Source: an uncultured Bacteroidales bacterium (lineage in GTDB: Bacteria > Bacteroidota > Bacteroidia > Bacteroidales > UBA4417). From it: 64,000 nucleotides of DNA. The translations under genes and the position numbers were made by a program. Numbering within the stretch: the stretch's first letter is position 1; every line of letters starts with the position of its first letter. A model generated the notes under the pieces. That model saw only the letters and a list, made by a program, of their open reading frames with translations. It had not been told where the DNA came from and did not search any database. The stretch is taken from contig CALBZC010000013.1 in assembly GCA_937889945.1 (NCBI GenBank), forward strand, positions 46,432-110,431, given 5' to 3'. Below, piece by piece: positions 44,596 through 55,258 of the stretch.

Positions 44596-45834
44596 TTAAT
44601 TATGATTTTGCTTAATTATCGGATTGTTATTTTCTACATGTAATATGTGTCCCATTTTTTCCATTTTGGTAAGCATATAATATTCATTATTCTCATTGCA
44701 TGACATTTCGTGAGGCACACGCTCCGTTATTTCAATTCCAAATCCTTTTAATCCTATTATTTTCAGCGGATTATTAGTCATAAGGCGGATTTTTTTAACA
44801 CCCAGCTGTGCCAACATTTCCGCGCCGGTTCCATAAGTGCGCAAATCGGGTTTAAAGCCCAACATCTCGTTAGCTTCTACGGTGTCAAATCCTTTATCTT
44901 GGAGGCTGTATGCTTTGAGTTTATTAATAAGTCCTATACCTCTTCCTTCTTGGCGCAAATAAAGAATAACACCCTTACCTACTTTTTCTATGCGCCTCAT
45001 CGCCTCATGAAGCTGTTCTCCACAGTCGCAGCGTGATGAACCTAACGCATCTCCGGTAAGACATTCCGAATGCACCCTAACCAATACATTATCGTTATCC
45101 GATATTTTTCCTTTCACCAATGCAATATGATGCTCTCCCGTAACTTTATTTATAAAACCTACCGCGTTGAAATTTCCATAGCGTGTAGGCAAATAAGTTT
45201 CGATAACTTTTTCCATCAACGATTCCGTTTTTCTTTTATAGGCGATTAAATCTTCGATAGTTATTATTTTGAGGTTAAATTCGCGGGCAAACAAAAACAG
45301 ATCCGGCACCCGCGCCATTTCTCCATTTGTTTTCATAATTTCACAGATAACTCCGGCAGGATACAAACCGGCCATGCGTGCCAAATCTACCGCGGCTTCG
45401 GTATGTCCGGCTCTTTCCAACACCCCGAATGGACGTGCCGACAAAGGGAAAATATGTCCGGGACGTGTAAAATCATCAGCTTTAGACTGAGGAGCAATTA
45501 TTTTATGAATAGTAGCGCACCTTTCATGAGCCGATATTCCCGTGTGGCAATCTGCTGCATCCACAGAAACGGTGAAGGCTGTTTCTTTCTTATCGGTATT
45601 GTGATGTACCATCATATCTATCTCCAATGCTTGCAGCCGGCATTTTTCCATGGGCATGCAAATGAGCCCGCTACCTTGTTTAGCCATAAAAGCAATATCT
45701 TCAGGCTGTACTTTTTCGGCGGCCATAAGCAAATCGCCTTCATTTTCACGCGATTCGTCGTCAACCACGATAATCATTTTGCCATCGCGAATAGCAGCAA
45801 TGGCTTCTTCTATGGTATTAAATTTATCTGCCAT
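44596..45834 (-). CDS. ribBA: Bifunctional 3,4-dihydroxy-2-butanone-4-phosphate synthase / GTP cyclohydrolase II
   Basis: [13 protein letters not shown] (DHBPS). [20 protein letters not shown] and [10 protein letters not shown] (GCH II). Confidence 0.95.
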   Translation of the reverse strand: MADKFNTIEEAIAAIRDGKMIIVVDDESRENEGDLLMAAEKVQPEDIAFMAKQGSGLICMPMEKCRLQALEIDMMVHHNTDKKETAFTVSVDAADCHTGISAHERCATIHKIIAPQSKADDFTRPGHIFPLSARPFGVLERAGHTEAAVDLARMAGLYPAGVICEIMKTNGEMARVPDLFLFAREFNLKIITIEDLIAYKRKTESLMEKVIETYLPTRYGNFNAVGFINKVTGEHHIALVKGKISDNDNVLVRVHSECLTGDALGSSRCDCGEQLHEAMRRIEKVGKGVILYLRQEGRGIGLINKLKAYSLQDKGFDTVEANEMLGFKPDLRTYGTGAEMLAQLGVKKIRLMTNNPLKIIGLKGFGIEITERVPHEMSCNENNEYYMLTKMEKMGHILHVENNNPIIKQNHN

Positions 45835-45852
45835 AATATTTTAAACTATAAA

Positions 45853-46497
45853 TTAATAAAAACCGTTTTCTTTAAGAAAGTCGGCAGAAATACGCTGTTG
45901 CTTTGTATCATAATTCATCATAAATTTTTCGATATATTTTGCCGTCAAGTCGCATTCAATATTCACATGGTCGCCTGTTTTCAAGTATTTTAACGTGGTA
46001 TGATGTAAAGAGTGTGGTATCACCGAAACGGAAAACCAATAATTTTGCACCTCCACCACTGTTAGCGAAACGCCATTAAGAGCCACAGAGCCTTTAGCAA
46101 CAATATAACGGGCATATTCCGGATGTAGCTCCACGGTGAACCAAACCGCATTTTCCTGATTTGTAATATTTTTTATCATTCCTTTTGTATCCACATGCCC
46201 TGATACCAAATGGCCTCCTAATCTGCTATTGAGTGTTAAAGCCCGTTCGAGATTTACTTTGCTACCCACTATTAATTCCGATAGCGTTGTGCGGTGCATG
46301 GTTTCAGCCACTGCATCGGCAACAAAATGTTTATTATCAAACTGTGTTACCGTAAGGCATGCACCATTCACGGCAATACTATCCCCTATTTTCAAATCCT
46401 GCGTAATCAACGCGCAGGCAATATGCAACTCGCAGGAAATTTTGTTCCTTTTTATGAGCAGCACACTTCCTATTTCCTCTATTATTCCTGTAAACAT
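45853..46497 (-). CDS. ribE: Riboflavin synthase (alpha chain)
   Basis: MFTGIIEEIG, with duplicated lumazine-binding halves (GDSIAVNGACLTV / GSVALNGVSLTV). Confidence 0.95.
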   Translation of the reverse strand: MFTGIIEEIGSVLLIKRNKISCELHIACALITQDLKIGDSIAVNGACLTVTQFDNKHFVADAVAETMHRTTLSELIVGSKVNLERALTLNSRLGGHLVSGHVDTKGMIKNITNQENAVWFTVELHPEYARYIVAKGSVALNGVSLTVVEVQNYWFSVSVIPHSLHHTTLKYLKTGDHVNIECDLTAKYIEKFMMNYDTKQQRISADFLKENGFY

Positions 46498-46499
46498 AT

Positions 46500-47597
46500 C
46501 TATTGTTTAAGTTTTCCCGTTATCATCAAATTATCGCCTATTTTTTTACATTGCAAATCATTTACATACAAAGCATTTTTCATTATATCTATCCCCAATC
46601 CTTCCACAGGTGTCAAGGCATGTTTTCCCCCTATAATTTTAGGCGCCACAAAAAACAAAACTTCGTCAACACAACCTGCCTCTAAAGCGGAATAAGCCAA
46701 TGTACCTCCACCTTCGAGCAACACACTGTCTATTCCCATTAATCCTATCTGTTTGAGCATGCAATTAAAATCGACATGCCCGTTTTTTTCTTCTACCAGC
46801 AAAGTGTCAGCGCCTTTTTCTTTTATTTGATTCAGTTTTTTTATGGGAGCCTTATCAGTATGAATAACAATAGTTTTAGCCGCTGAGAGGGTGTTTAAAA
46901 CCAAGCTGTCCGTTGAAATATGGGCGGCTGAGTCCATAATGAGCCTGACAGGATTTTTTGCCTGCTTAGGAAGACGACAAGTAAGCATAGGGTTGTCCGC
47001 CTCCACGGTATTATATCCTACCATTACCGCTGCATACTGCTTGCGTAAAAGATGTACTTTTTTTCGGGCTTTTTCATTGGACACCCATTTGCTGTCTCCT
47101 GTGCAAGTAGCTATTTTGCCGTCTAACGTCATAGCGGCTTTCAGCAATACATAGGGCACGCCTTGGGTAATATATTGTATGAATATTTTATTGAGTTCTT
47201 TGGCTTCTTTTTCCAACACACCTAGAACAACCTCTATTCCTGCATTTTGAAGCATTTTTATTCCATTGCCGCTAACCAAAGGGTTAGGATCCGTCATGGA
47301 CACCACAACCTTGCTTATCTTTTTTTGAATGAGTAAACTGGTGCAGGGCGGCATTTTACCATAATGGGAGCATGGTTCAAGATTAACATACATGGTAGCG
47401 CCTTCTACATCGGCAATCGCGTTTTTTACAGCATCCACTTCGGCGTGCAATCCGCCAAATTGGTGATGAAAACCTTCGCCTATAACACGATTATCTTTCA
47501 CTATTACGGCGCCCACCATGGGATTGGGGCTCACATATCCCATTCCTTTTTTTGCCAATGCAAACGCGCGCCTGATGTATTTTTCATCTATATCCAT
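46500..47597 (-). CDS. ribD: Bifunctional riboflavin-biosynthesis deaminase/reductase
   Basis: Deaminase zinc motifs HAEVDA and PCSHYGKMPPC, followed by a C-terminal reductase domain. Confidence 0.95.
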   Translation of the reverse strand: MDIDEKYIRRAFALAKKGMGYVSPNPMVGAVIVKDNRVIGEGFHHQFGGLHAEVDAVKNAIADVEGATMYVNLEPCSHYGKMPPCTSLLIQKKISKVVVSMTDPNPLVSGNGIKMLQNAGIEVVLGVLEKEAKELNKIFIQYITQGVPYVLLKAAMTLDGKIATCTGDSKWVSNEKARKKVHLLRKQYAAVMVGYNTVEADNPMLTCRLPKQAKNPVRLIMDSAAHISTDSLVLNTLSAAKTIVIHTDKAPIKKLNQIKEKGADTLLVEEKNGHVDFNCMLKQIGLMGIDSVLLEGGGTLAYSALEAGCVDEVLFFVAPKIIGGKHALTPVEGLGIDIMKNALYVNDLQCKKIGDNLMITGKLKQ

Positions 47598-47700
47598 AAA
47601 AAATGCCTCTCATAATTATTAAAAACTATTCGAGGCAATGTATATGTTCAAATAAAAATTACAAGCGGACCACGCGCAATGCATAATCTGTTCTTATAAT

Positions 47701-47818
47701 AATCCTTCTACCATCCGGACTATACCGTCGGCAACGGAATTTCACCGTTTCATGACTCTGTTAAGAGCCTCGCGGGCTATAACCGCCGGTCAGGAATTAC
47801 ACCCTGCCCCGAAGAATT
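47701..47818 (-). promoter_or_regulatory. FMN riboswitch (RFN element) leading the rib operon
   Basis: The minus strand reads AATTCTTCGGGGCAGGGTGTAATTCCTGACCGGCGGTTATAGCCCGCGAGGC...GAAACGGTGAAATTCCGTTGCCGACGGTATAGTCCGGATGGTAGAAGGATT. This carries all hallmark RFN boxes and an 8-bp P1 (AAUUCUUC/GAAGGAUU). Downstream hairpin tgcctc..gaggca plus T6 (47601..47640) abuts the ribD ATG. Confidence 0.92.
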
Positions 47819-47825
47819 AACGGTG

Positions 47826-47833
47826 CAAATGTA
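47826..47833 (-). promoter_or_regulatory. Candidate -7 box TACATTTG (TAnnTTTG) driving the riboswitch and rib operon
   Basis: The reverse complement of caaatgta matches the consensus. It sits 8 nt upstream of the first P1 nucleotide of the riboswitch. Confidence 0.55.
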
Positions 47834-47977
47834 ATTTTTTTTTAGATATAAAAAATTTTTGCATAACTTTTTTAAAATTATTGCTGCATGTATGCATAAT
47901 CTCTTAAATTAGCTTGATGTGGCAATAACCCTTCTCGCGTTTTTTTGTTATAATAAGATGAATAAAACACCTTTTCG

Positions 47978-49990
47978 ATGAAATATACCAATGCACTTAT
48001 ACACGAAAGCAGTCCTTATTTATTGCAACATGCACATAATCCCGTGAATTGGATTGCTTATGGCACTAAAGCTTTTGAAACGGCGAAAGTCTTAGACAAG
48101 CCTATTCTGTTCAGTATTGGGTATTCCTCATGTCACTGGTGTCATGTAATGGAAAAAGAGTCTTTTGAAAATGAGGATATTGCACGCATCATGAATGATT
48201 ATTTTGTATGTGTAAAAGTGGATAGAGAGGAACGACCCGATGTGGATCATGTGTATATGGATGCCGTGCAACTCCTTAACGGCAATGCCGGATGGCCGCT
48301 TAACTGTTTTGCGTTGCCGGACGGGCGTCCTTTTTGGGGAGGTACATATTTTCGCCCCGACCAATGGGCTTATATTTTAACGCAAATACATGATTTATAT
48401 CAAAACCAAAGAGATAAAATAACCGAACAAGCCGATGATCTTACAAATCATGTGAAAAGTTTTCAGCTTGCTATTGATTATACGCACGAACAACAAAAAG
48501 CAAATTTTGATACTATTTTTGAAATTCTCAAAAATAATTTTGATGAAGAAAACGGAGGCATGTATGGCACGCCCAAATTTCCTATGCCTGTAGTATTTGA
48601 ATTTTTATTTTTGTACGGACAGCTTAAAAATGAAGATATTGCGCTACAAATGGTTGAAACTACGCTTTTTAACATGGCAAAAGGAGGCATTTATGATCAG
48701 GTAGGCGGCGGTTTTGCTCGTTACGCTACGGATAAAATATGGAAAGTGCCTCATTTTGAAAAGATGTTATACGATAACGCGCAATTGGTAAGTCTTTACG
48801 CAAAGGCATATAAAAATAACCCCCATTTATTTTACGGGCAAATTATAGAAGAAACACTTGCATTTATAAGCAGAGAGATGACTGCACCGCAAGGCTTTTT
48901 CTATGCAGCTTTGGATGCGGACTCCGAAGGGGAAGAGGGACTATTTTACACATACACACAACAGGATTTTACTGACACCTTGGGAGAATACGCAACACTC
49001 ATCGCTTCCTATTATCAATTACAAGATAAAGGATTGTGGGAAAACGGGCGGAGTATTCTCATGGCTTATCATGATGACAGCGCTTTTGCGCAGCAGCATT
49101 GCCTTTCCGAAAACGAACTGCACGCATTGCTGAAATTTAGCAAAAAAGAATTATTAAAACTTAGGGATAAACGCGTAAAACCGGAGCTCGACGATAAAAT
49201 GCTGTTAAGTTGGAATAGCTTGATGTGTATGGCTTATATAGATGCCTATATGGCTTTGCAACATGATGCCTATCTTGAAAGTGCTTTAAAGTGTATTGAT
49301 TTTATAATGGGGAATTTAAAAGACAAAAATGGAGGCTATTTCCACACATATAAAAACGGGAAAGCAACCATAAACGCATTTTTAGATGATTATGCCTTTT
49401 TTATACAAGCCCTGCTGGTAGCATATACTTTTACTACAGATGAAAAATATCTCTACGAAGCTGAAAGCCTTTCTAATTATGTATTACATAATTTTCAGGA
49501 TAAACACTCCGGCTTTTTCTTTTTTTCGCCTCATCAAAATAAAGATATTTTTGCCAACAAAATAGAAACCTACGATGGTGTTATCCCCTCGGGTAATGCG
49601 ACAATGGCAAATATACTATACAAACTCGGCATTATGCTTGACAATTCGTTATTTCTTGAAACAAGCCGGCAAATGATATTAAAGATGCTTCCATTAGCAG
49701 AACAGCATCCTGCAGCATATGCCGCATGGGCAAAACAAGCGCTATTGTCGGAAAAAGAGCCGGTAGTTATTGCCGTTGTAGGCAAAAATGCAAAAAGCAT
49801 GATCCTAAAAGTAGCAGAACGACACAAAGAGTCCTTTATTATTTGTGGAAGTGAAGCCGACTCTCCATTACCTTATATAAAAAACAGGTATAAAGAAAAT
49901 CAAACCCTCTTTTATATCTGCAAGGGAGCCTACTGCTTAGAACCTTTCAATTCACCAGACAACGTTTTGTTGCAACTGCAAAACCTTTGA
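47978..49990 (+). CDS. Thioredoxin-domain (DUF255) / six-hairpin glycosidase-like protein, YyaL family
   Basis: [23 protein letters not shown] at the N-terminus. Long alpha/alpha-toroid-like C-terminal region. Confidence 0.85.
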   Translation: MKYTNALIHESSPYLLQHAHNPVNWIAYGTKAFETAKVLDKPILFSIGYSSCHWCHVMEKESFENEDIARIMNDYFVCVKVDREERPDVDHVYMDAVQLLNGNAGWPLNCFALPDGRPFWGGTYFRPDQWAYILTQIHDLYQNQRDKITEQADDLTNHVKSFQLAIDYTHEQQKANFDTIFEILKNNFDEENGGMYGTPKFPMPVVFEFLFLYGQLKNEDIALQMVETTLFNMAKGGIYDQVGGGFARYATDKIWKVPHFEKMLYDNAQLVSLYAKAYKNNPHLFYGQIIEETLAFISREMTAPQGFFYAALDADSEGEEGLFYTYTQQDFTDTLGEYATLIASYYQLQDKGLWENGRSILMAYHDDSAFAQQHCLSENELHALLKFSKKELLKLRDKRVKPELDDKMLLSWNSLMCMAYIDAYMALQHDAYLESALKCIDFIMGNLKDKNGGYFHTYKNGKATINAFLDDYAFFIQALLVAYTFTTDEKYLYEAESLSNYVLHNFQDKHSGFFFFSPHQNKDIFANKIETYDGVIPSGNATMANILYKLGIMLDNSLFLETSRQMILKMLPLAEQHPAAYAAWAKQALLSEKEPVVIAVVGKNAKSMILKVAERHKESFIICGSEADSPLPYIKNRYKENQTLFYICKGAYCLEPFNSPDNVLLQLQNL

Positions 49991-49995
49991 TAATG

Positions 49996-50988
49996 CTATT
50001 TTTGAATTGTTGTTGTAGGAGTGGTAGTTTTTATTTTGGGAGGAAATACGGAAAAATGCACATATCTGCCAGGATTTGCTTTTATGTCTTTTATCAATAA
50101 ATCTAACTCTTTGCTCGACTGATCAAGGTTATGATACAATTTATCATCGTTGATAAGCATGCCCAACGAGCCTTCTCCATTTTTCACTTTATTCATGCTG
50201 TTTGCAATATTGTCAACTGTGGTGTTCAGCTTACGTATGGTATTTCCTAAATTAGCTTTTGCCAATGTATCGGAAATAAGGGAAAAATTATTCACCGCGT
50301 TACTTATCGTCTGATTATTGTTTTTAAAATTTTGCGAGATGGATTCTAAATTTCCTAAGATATTAACAAGCCGTTGGCGTTGACCATATACCAATGTATC
50401 TACATAAACAGAAGTTCTATCCAAGTTTTGTAATGTACTTCTGATATGTTTAAAAGACATCTGAATGTTATCCCGTGTTTCGGCATTCAAAACGCTTTGC
50501 AATTGCACAACCAAGGTATCCAAGGAACCTAACAAACCTTCCGTTTTTTGCTTGAGCGGACTCATTTGTCCGTTTATTTCTTCCATCAATGAAAGTTGCA
50601 CATCAGCCTTCAACGTATCGTTTGATAATGCTGCAGTTTGCATGCTTCCTAATATAAACTCAACGCCTTTTGTACCCATTAAATCCACGCTGGCAATGCG
50701 GGCTTTTGTGTCCTTGGGAATAAAAATTTTATTGGTTACGGTAAATTCAACCAAAATCATATTTGCTTTATTATTGGCAAATCTTATATCACTCACCTTC
50801 CCTATTTTCAAGCCATTTACGGTAACAGGTGCGGAAACGATTAGCCCATTCACTGATTTGTATAAGCCGTAATAAGTCCTGTTTCTGTTGAACAAATCAA
50901 CGCCTTTAAGGAAATTAATACCAATAAAGAAAAGAGATAATACGATTACGGTGAAAGCCCCTATTTTGACTTCGCGTGTCAACTTCAT
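49996..50988 (-). CDS. MlaD/MCE-family protein
   Basis: N-terminal TM (KIGAFTVIVLSLFFIG). MCE domain (VNGLKIGKVSDI). Long helical C-terminal region. Confidence 0.8.
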   Translation of the reverse strand: MKLTREVKIGAFTVIVLSLFFIGINFLKGVDLFNRNRTYYGLYKSVNGLIVSAPVTVNGLKIGKVSDIRFANNKANMILVEFTVTNKIFIPKDTKARIASVDLMGTKGVEFILGSMQTAALSNDTLKADVQLSLMEEINGQMSPLKQKTEGLLGSLDTLVVQLQSVLNAETRDNIQMSFKHIRSTLQNLDRTSVYVDTLVYGQRQRLVNILGNLESISQNFKNNNQTISNAVNNFSLISDTLAKANLGNTIRKLNTTVDNIANSMNKVKNGEGSLGMLINDDKLYHNLDQSSKELDLLIKDIKANPGRYVHFSVFPPKIKTTTPTTTIQK

Positions 50989-51020
50989 GGATGTATAAAT
51001 TTAATGCGATGCAAATATAA

Positions 51021-52277
51021 TTACTTTTTATTTATCAATTCCCGTGCTTCATCCAGCGAAATCCTCTTTGTCCCTTTAAACGAAACAACAAAAGCATCTT
51101 TATACCCTTGTCTTTTCACATATTTTTGATGTGCTGCGGCAGAGTCAATATCGTTAAAAGTTCCTGAAACAAAACGATATGTTTTATCCTGATAATATTT
51201 AAAAACATCAGGCAAATTCTTAAAATCGTTGATGCTCTTGTCGTATGGATAGGCAGCAAATTGAACGCCAAATGTTACTGTTTCCGCAGCAAATGATTGA
51301 GGTAAAGGATTTTCTTCTACACGGGTTTGGACAATAGTGACAGGTTTATTTTCAATATTTGTATCTTGTGGTGTAGCCGGTTTTTCAACTATGGGCTCTA
51401 CCTTTTTTTCTATTTCGTTTTTCTCGTTTTTTGCAGGTTTCAGGGTTTTAACAACCAACCTGTCGTTTCCTTTTCTGTTTTCGGTATCATTCCTGTACTC
51501 AACTATCGCTTTATAAATAGAATGAGCAAATTTGTTCTTCCCATCTTCGCTCATTAAAAAAGTTTCATCGTCCCAATTGCTTACAAACCCCAATTCTACT
51601 AAAATGCTGGGCATAGATGTTTTATAGAGTACCAAAAAACCGGCTTGTTTAACGCCCCTGTTTAACATACCCAAATTATCAACCATTTCATGTTGCACCT
51701 TTGAAGCTAAATCTAAACTTTTATTAAGAAAAGCATTTTGCATCATGCTGAAAAAGATAGTTCCTTCGGGAGAATTAGGGTCAAAACCGTCATATTTTTC
51801 CACATAATTATCCTCCATTAAAACAGCTGCATTTTCTGTTTTGGCAACTTCCAAATTAGCCTCGGTTTTATGCAACCCCATAACAAAGGTTTCGGATCCG
51901 TAGGTAGCCCTGGATTTTGTTGCATTGCAATGAACGGATATAAATAAATCGGCTTTGTTTTGATTGGCGATTTGCGCTCTCCGGTATAATTCCACGAAAT
52001 AATCATCGTCGCGTGTAAGAATCACTTTCACATCTTTCATGTTTTCTTTTAAGTAATCTCTTAATTTGAGTACCACATCCAGCGCAATATCTTTTTCTTT
52101 AACCCTTCTACCTTTTGCGCCCGAATCTTTACCGCCATGCCCCGCATCCAAAACAATAGTCCTCACTTGCTGTCCCCAAACCTCCTGACACATAAAAAAC
52201 ATAAGAAAAACAACAAAAATTCTCACATATAAAGGTTTATAATTCATCTGTTCCTGAATTTTAAAAACATTTAACAC
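51021..52277 (-). CDS. N-acetylmuramoyl-L-alanine amidase (AmiC-type) with a C-terminal SPOR-like domain
   Basis: VLDAGHGGKDSGA, ISVHCNA, SILVELGFVSN. C-terminal FGVQFAAY...YRFVSGTF. The likely true start is Met11 (52247), giving signal peptide MNYKPLYVRIFVVFLMFFMCQEVWG. Confidence 0.85.
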   Translation of the reverse strand: MLNVFKIQEQMNYKPLYVRIFVVFLMFFMCQEVWGQQVRTIVLDAGHGGKDSGAKGRRVKEKDIALDVVLKLRDYLKENMKDVKVILTRDDDYFVELYRRAQIANQNKADLFISVHCNATKSRATYGSETFVMGLHKTEANLEVAKTENAAVLMEDNYVEKYDGFDPNSPEGTIFFSMMQNAFLNKSLDLASKVQHEMVDNLGMLNRGVKQAGFLVLYKTSMPSILVELGFVSNWDDETFLMSEDGKNKFAHSIYKAIVEYRNDTENRKGNDRLVVKTLKPAKNEKNEIEKKVEPIVEKPATPQDTNIENKPVTIVQTRVEENPLPQSFAAETVTFGVQFAAYPYDKSINDFKNLPDVFKYYQDKTYRFVSGTFNDIDSAAAHQKYVKRQGYKDAFVVSFKGTKRISLDEARELINKK

Positions 52278-52408
52278 TTACAAAAGGTAAAAATAAACAC
52301 ATTCGGCAAAAAGATGTAAAAATATTCATTTGTTTAACTTAATTTTGCAATCCTGAAAATAGTATAATTTATTACAAACATAATATAAAAATTTACATTA
52401 AACCCTTC

Positions 52409-55048
52409 GTGTTTCCGAAGTTACAAACAAAATATTGTTTAATATTACTCATTTGCTTACTGTCGTTATGTATTACCTCAGTACGGGCAAGGGTTTTGGG
52501 TATTCCCTATGCTCTTTTATCAGATACTGTTACAAAACCGCTACCGCCTGAAGCCAAAGGCAACAAAGTAAGTTTAACTTCCATTATTGAGTATTCGGCT
52601 AAAGATTCTATTATTGAAGATGTAACGAACAAAGCCATTTGGCTGTATGGTAATGCCAACATAAAATACGGAGATACAAAGATAGCGGATGCCGCCGTTA
52701 TAAAAATAGATTTGAAAACCAATACCTTATCGGCTTATGAATCAACCGACTCTGTTGGTAAAAGAACAGGCATACCTCAAATAACGCAAGGCTCCGAAAG
52801 TTTCAAGGCAAAAAACCTTTCTTTCAATTTCACATCCAAAAAGATTTTGGTTCACAATGTTATCTATAAAGAAGGCGAAGGATATTTGCACGGTTCGGTG
52901 GTAAAAAAAGTAAATGACACGGTAACCAATGTAGGAAGAGGCATGTACACCACTTGCGATTTGGAAGAACATCCGCACTTTGCCTTAAAATTTTCGCGCG
53001 CAAAGGTTATTTCGCAAAATAAAATTATAACAGGTCCGGTAGTTTTAACCATAGAAGATGTGCCCTTGCCCATCGTGTTGCCTTTTGGCATTTTTCCTAA
53101 CAAAAGAGGACGCAGCTCAGGGCTCATTATGCCTCGTTGGGGCGAAATGGCAAACAGGGGGTTTTATTTGCAAGACGGAGGATACTATTTTGGACTGAGT
53201 GATTATTTTGATTTGAGACTAACAGGCGATATATATACACGTGGTAGTTGGGCTATAAAACCGCTTATTAATTATTCGAAAAGGTACAAGTTTTCCGGCA
53301 GCTTTGACTTTAACTATGCTGTTAATGTTTTTGGCGTTAAAGGCACCTCTGATTACAGCAAAGGAAAAGATTTCTTTATCACTTGGTCTCACCGCCAAGA
53401 CCCAAAGGCACGTCCCAATTCGGTTTTTTCGGCAAGTGTAAGAGCCGGTAGTAGTAAATATAATCGGTATTCACCCCTTAGCTTTAATGATTACATAACC
53501 AATACATTTAGTTCGAGTATTACATACGACCGCCGTTTTGGTGATTTTGGAAACCTCACCACCAGTTTACGCCATAACCAGAACATTACTACGCATGCCG
53601 TTTCCCTATCACTGCCCGAAGCTTCTTTTAATGTAAACCGCATATACCCTTTCAAGCGCAAACACACAGTAGGTGATATGAAATGGTATGAAAAAATAAG
53701 CCTTGCCTACAACATGAATTTGCGCAATGAAGTAAACACATATGATTCTTTGCTGTTTTCGAGAGATATTTTTAACAAAATGATGTCGGGCGTGCAACAT
53801 ACAGTTCCTATCTCGGCATCTTTTAATATTTTCAAGTATTTTAACTGGTCTAACAGTATAAATTATAACGAACGCTGGTATTTGAAAACCATCCGAAAAC
53901 ATTGGTCGCCTGATACGGTATATGTAAACGGAAAAATGTTCCCCGGCATGGTAATAACAGATACGATTAATGGATTTATGGCAGCAAGGGATTATAACTT
54001 TTCATCGTCCATAGGAACAACATTGTATGGCACCAAACTTTTTAAAAAAGGTTTTTTGAAAGGGATAAGACATGTAATAAGACCCTCCGTCGGATTCTCA
54101 TTTACCCCCAACTTTGGCAGCGAGCGCTTAGGTTATTGGAAAACAGTACAAACCGACAATACCGGCAGAACAGAGAAATATTCTGTTTTCGGAGGAAGCG
54201 GAACTTTTTATCCCCTATTCGGAACGCCTCCCATGCAAAAGTCAGGGGCAATAACCTTTAATGTAGGCAACAATCTGGAGGCTAAAATCGCATCCAAACG
54301 CGACAGCACGGGAGAAGGGCAAAAAATAGTATTAATTGACAATTTATCACTCTCTACATCTTATGATTTAGCAAGAGATTCATTAAGGTGGGCGCCTATC
54401 TCCATATCAGCATACACTACGCTATTTAAACGTGTGCAACTCAACTTCTCCGCAAGCCTTGACCTCTACCATTACGATGAAAAAGGACATAGAGTTAACA
54501 AATTTGAATACGAAGTAAGCAAGCGTTTATTTAATCTTACAAACTCCGGTTGGAACTTAAGTTTTAGCTACGATCTCAATCCTAAATCTAACAATAACCA
54601 ACATTCCCACACACACAACCACGCAATGCATGAGCATGAGGAAGAATATTTATATGAGTTAGCTGATATCAACAGCAACGGATTATTTATAGACTGGAAT
54701 AACCCTTGGTCATTGCGTTTTTCTTATAACTTAGCTTATAATAGTTATCTGACATACAATCCCCGAAAAATGGATCGCAAAATATCCACAAACACATTAT
54801 CGCTGGATGGAAGTATCTCTATTACAGAAAAATGGAAATTAACTGCGCAATCCGGTTACGATTTTAAACAAAAAGAATTCACCTACACAAGATTAAGCAT
54901 CGCAAGGGATTTACATTGCTGGGAAATGAACTTTAGTTGGGTTCCCTACGGACCAATGAAACAATGGAATTTCAAAATCAATGTCAGAGCCAATACCTTA
55001 AAAGATTTGAAACTTGAAAAGCGTAAAGACTCCCGAAGTTATTATTAA
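52409..55048 (+). CDS. Putative LPS-assembly outer-membrane protein (Bacteroidota LptD-like)
   Basis: GTG start and signal peptide. N-terminal OstA-like region (YGNANIKYGDTKIADAAVIKIDLKTNTL). Large beta-rich C-terminal region of alternating pattern. Size (879 aa) is typical for the Bacteroidota LptD-like family. Confidence 0.65.
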   Translation: MFPKLQTKYCLILLICLLSLCITSVRARVLGIPYALLSDTVTKPLPPEAKGNKVSLTSIIEYSAKDSIIEDVTNKAIWLYGNANIKYGDTKIADAAVIKIDLKTNTLSAYESTDSVGKRTGIPQITQGSESFKAKNLSFNFTSKKILVHNVIYKEGEGYLHGSVVKKVNDTVTNVGRGMYTTCDLEEHPHFALKFSRAKVISQNKIITGPVVLTIEDVPLPIVLPFGIFPNKRGRSSGLIMPRWGEMANRGFYLQDGGYYFGLSDYFDLRLTGDIYTRGSWAIKPLINYSKRYKFSGSFDFNYAVNVFGVKGTSDYSKGKDFFITWSHRQDPKARPNSVFSASVRAGSSKYNRYSPLSFNDYITNTFSSSITYDRRFGDFGNLTTSLRHNQNITTHAVSLSLPEASFNVNRIYPFKRKHTVGDMKWYEKISLAYNMNLRNEVNTYDSLLFSRDIFNKMMSGVQHTVPISASFNIFKYFNWSNSINYNERWYLKTIRKHWSPDTVYVNGKMFPGMVITDTINGFMAARDYNFSSSIGTTLYGTKLFKKGFLKGIRHVIRPSVGFSFTPNFGSERLGYWKTVQTDNTGRTEKYSVFGGSGTFYPLFGTPPMQKSGAITFNVGNNLEAKIASKRDSTGEGQKIVLIDNLSLSTSYDLARDSLRWAPISISAYTTLFKRVQLNFSASLDLYHYDEKGHRVNKFEYEVSKRLFNLTNSGWNLSFSYDLNPKSNNNQHSHTHNHAMHEHEEEYLYELADINSNGLFIDWNNPWSLRFSYNLAYNSYLTYNPRKMDRKISTNTLSLDGSISITEKWKLTAQSGYDFKQKEFTYTRLSIARDLHCWEMNFSWVPYGPMKQWNFKINVRANTLKDLKLEKRKDSRSYY

Positions 55049-55213
55049 AAAATAACTCATGTTAAGTTAAGTATAAAATAGCATGTTGGGTGTTTCGTAA
55101 ATATTTATTAATCAAAACAATACATCTCTAAACGCTGAACTCATTACTCTTAACTAAACACTAATTTCTATTGATTTTTTTCTTACAAATGTTTGCAAAT
55201 AAAAAATTATTTT

Positions 55214-55221
55214 TATTTTTG
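55214..55221 (+). promoter_or_regulatory. Candidate promoter for hcp: -7 box TATTTTTG, with a -33-like TTTG at 55192..55195
   Basis: Both elements are present with an 18-nt spacer. The ATG lies 38 nt downstream. Confidence 0.5.
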
Positions 55222-55258
55222 CATTTCAGTACTTAAATAATTAATTAAAAATATTTTT

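Noticed and set aside
45403-45993. 196-codon + strand ORF, plus 45269..45490 and 45650..45844, overlapping ribBA and ribE.
   Set aside because: These are antisense to genes with unambiguous riboflavin-enzyme motifs. Their translations have no recognisable features.
55184-55199. Imperfect palindrome TTACAA-ATGT-TTGCAA upstream of hcp, as a possible HcpR/CRP-FNR-type operator.
   Set aside because: The half-site spacing and sequence do not match the CRP/FNR-family consensus forms I know (TGTGA-N6-TCACA, TTGAT-N4-ATCAA). The TTTG inside it is better explained as the -33 promoter element, 18 nt from the -7 box.
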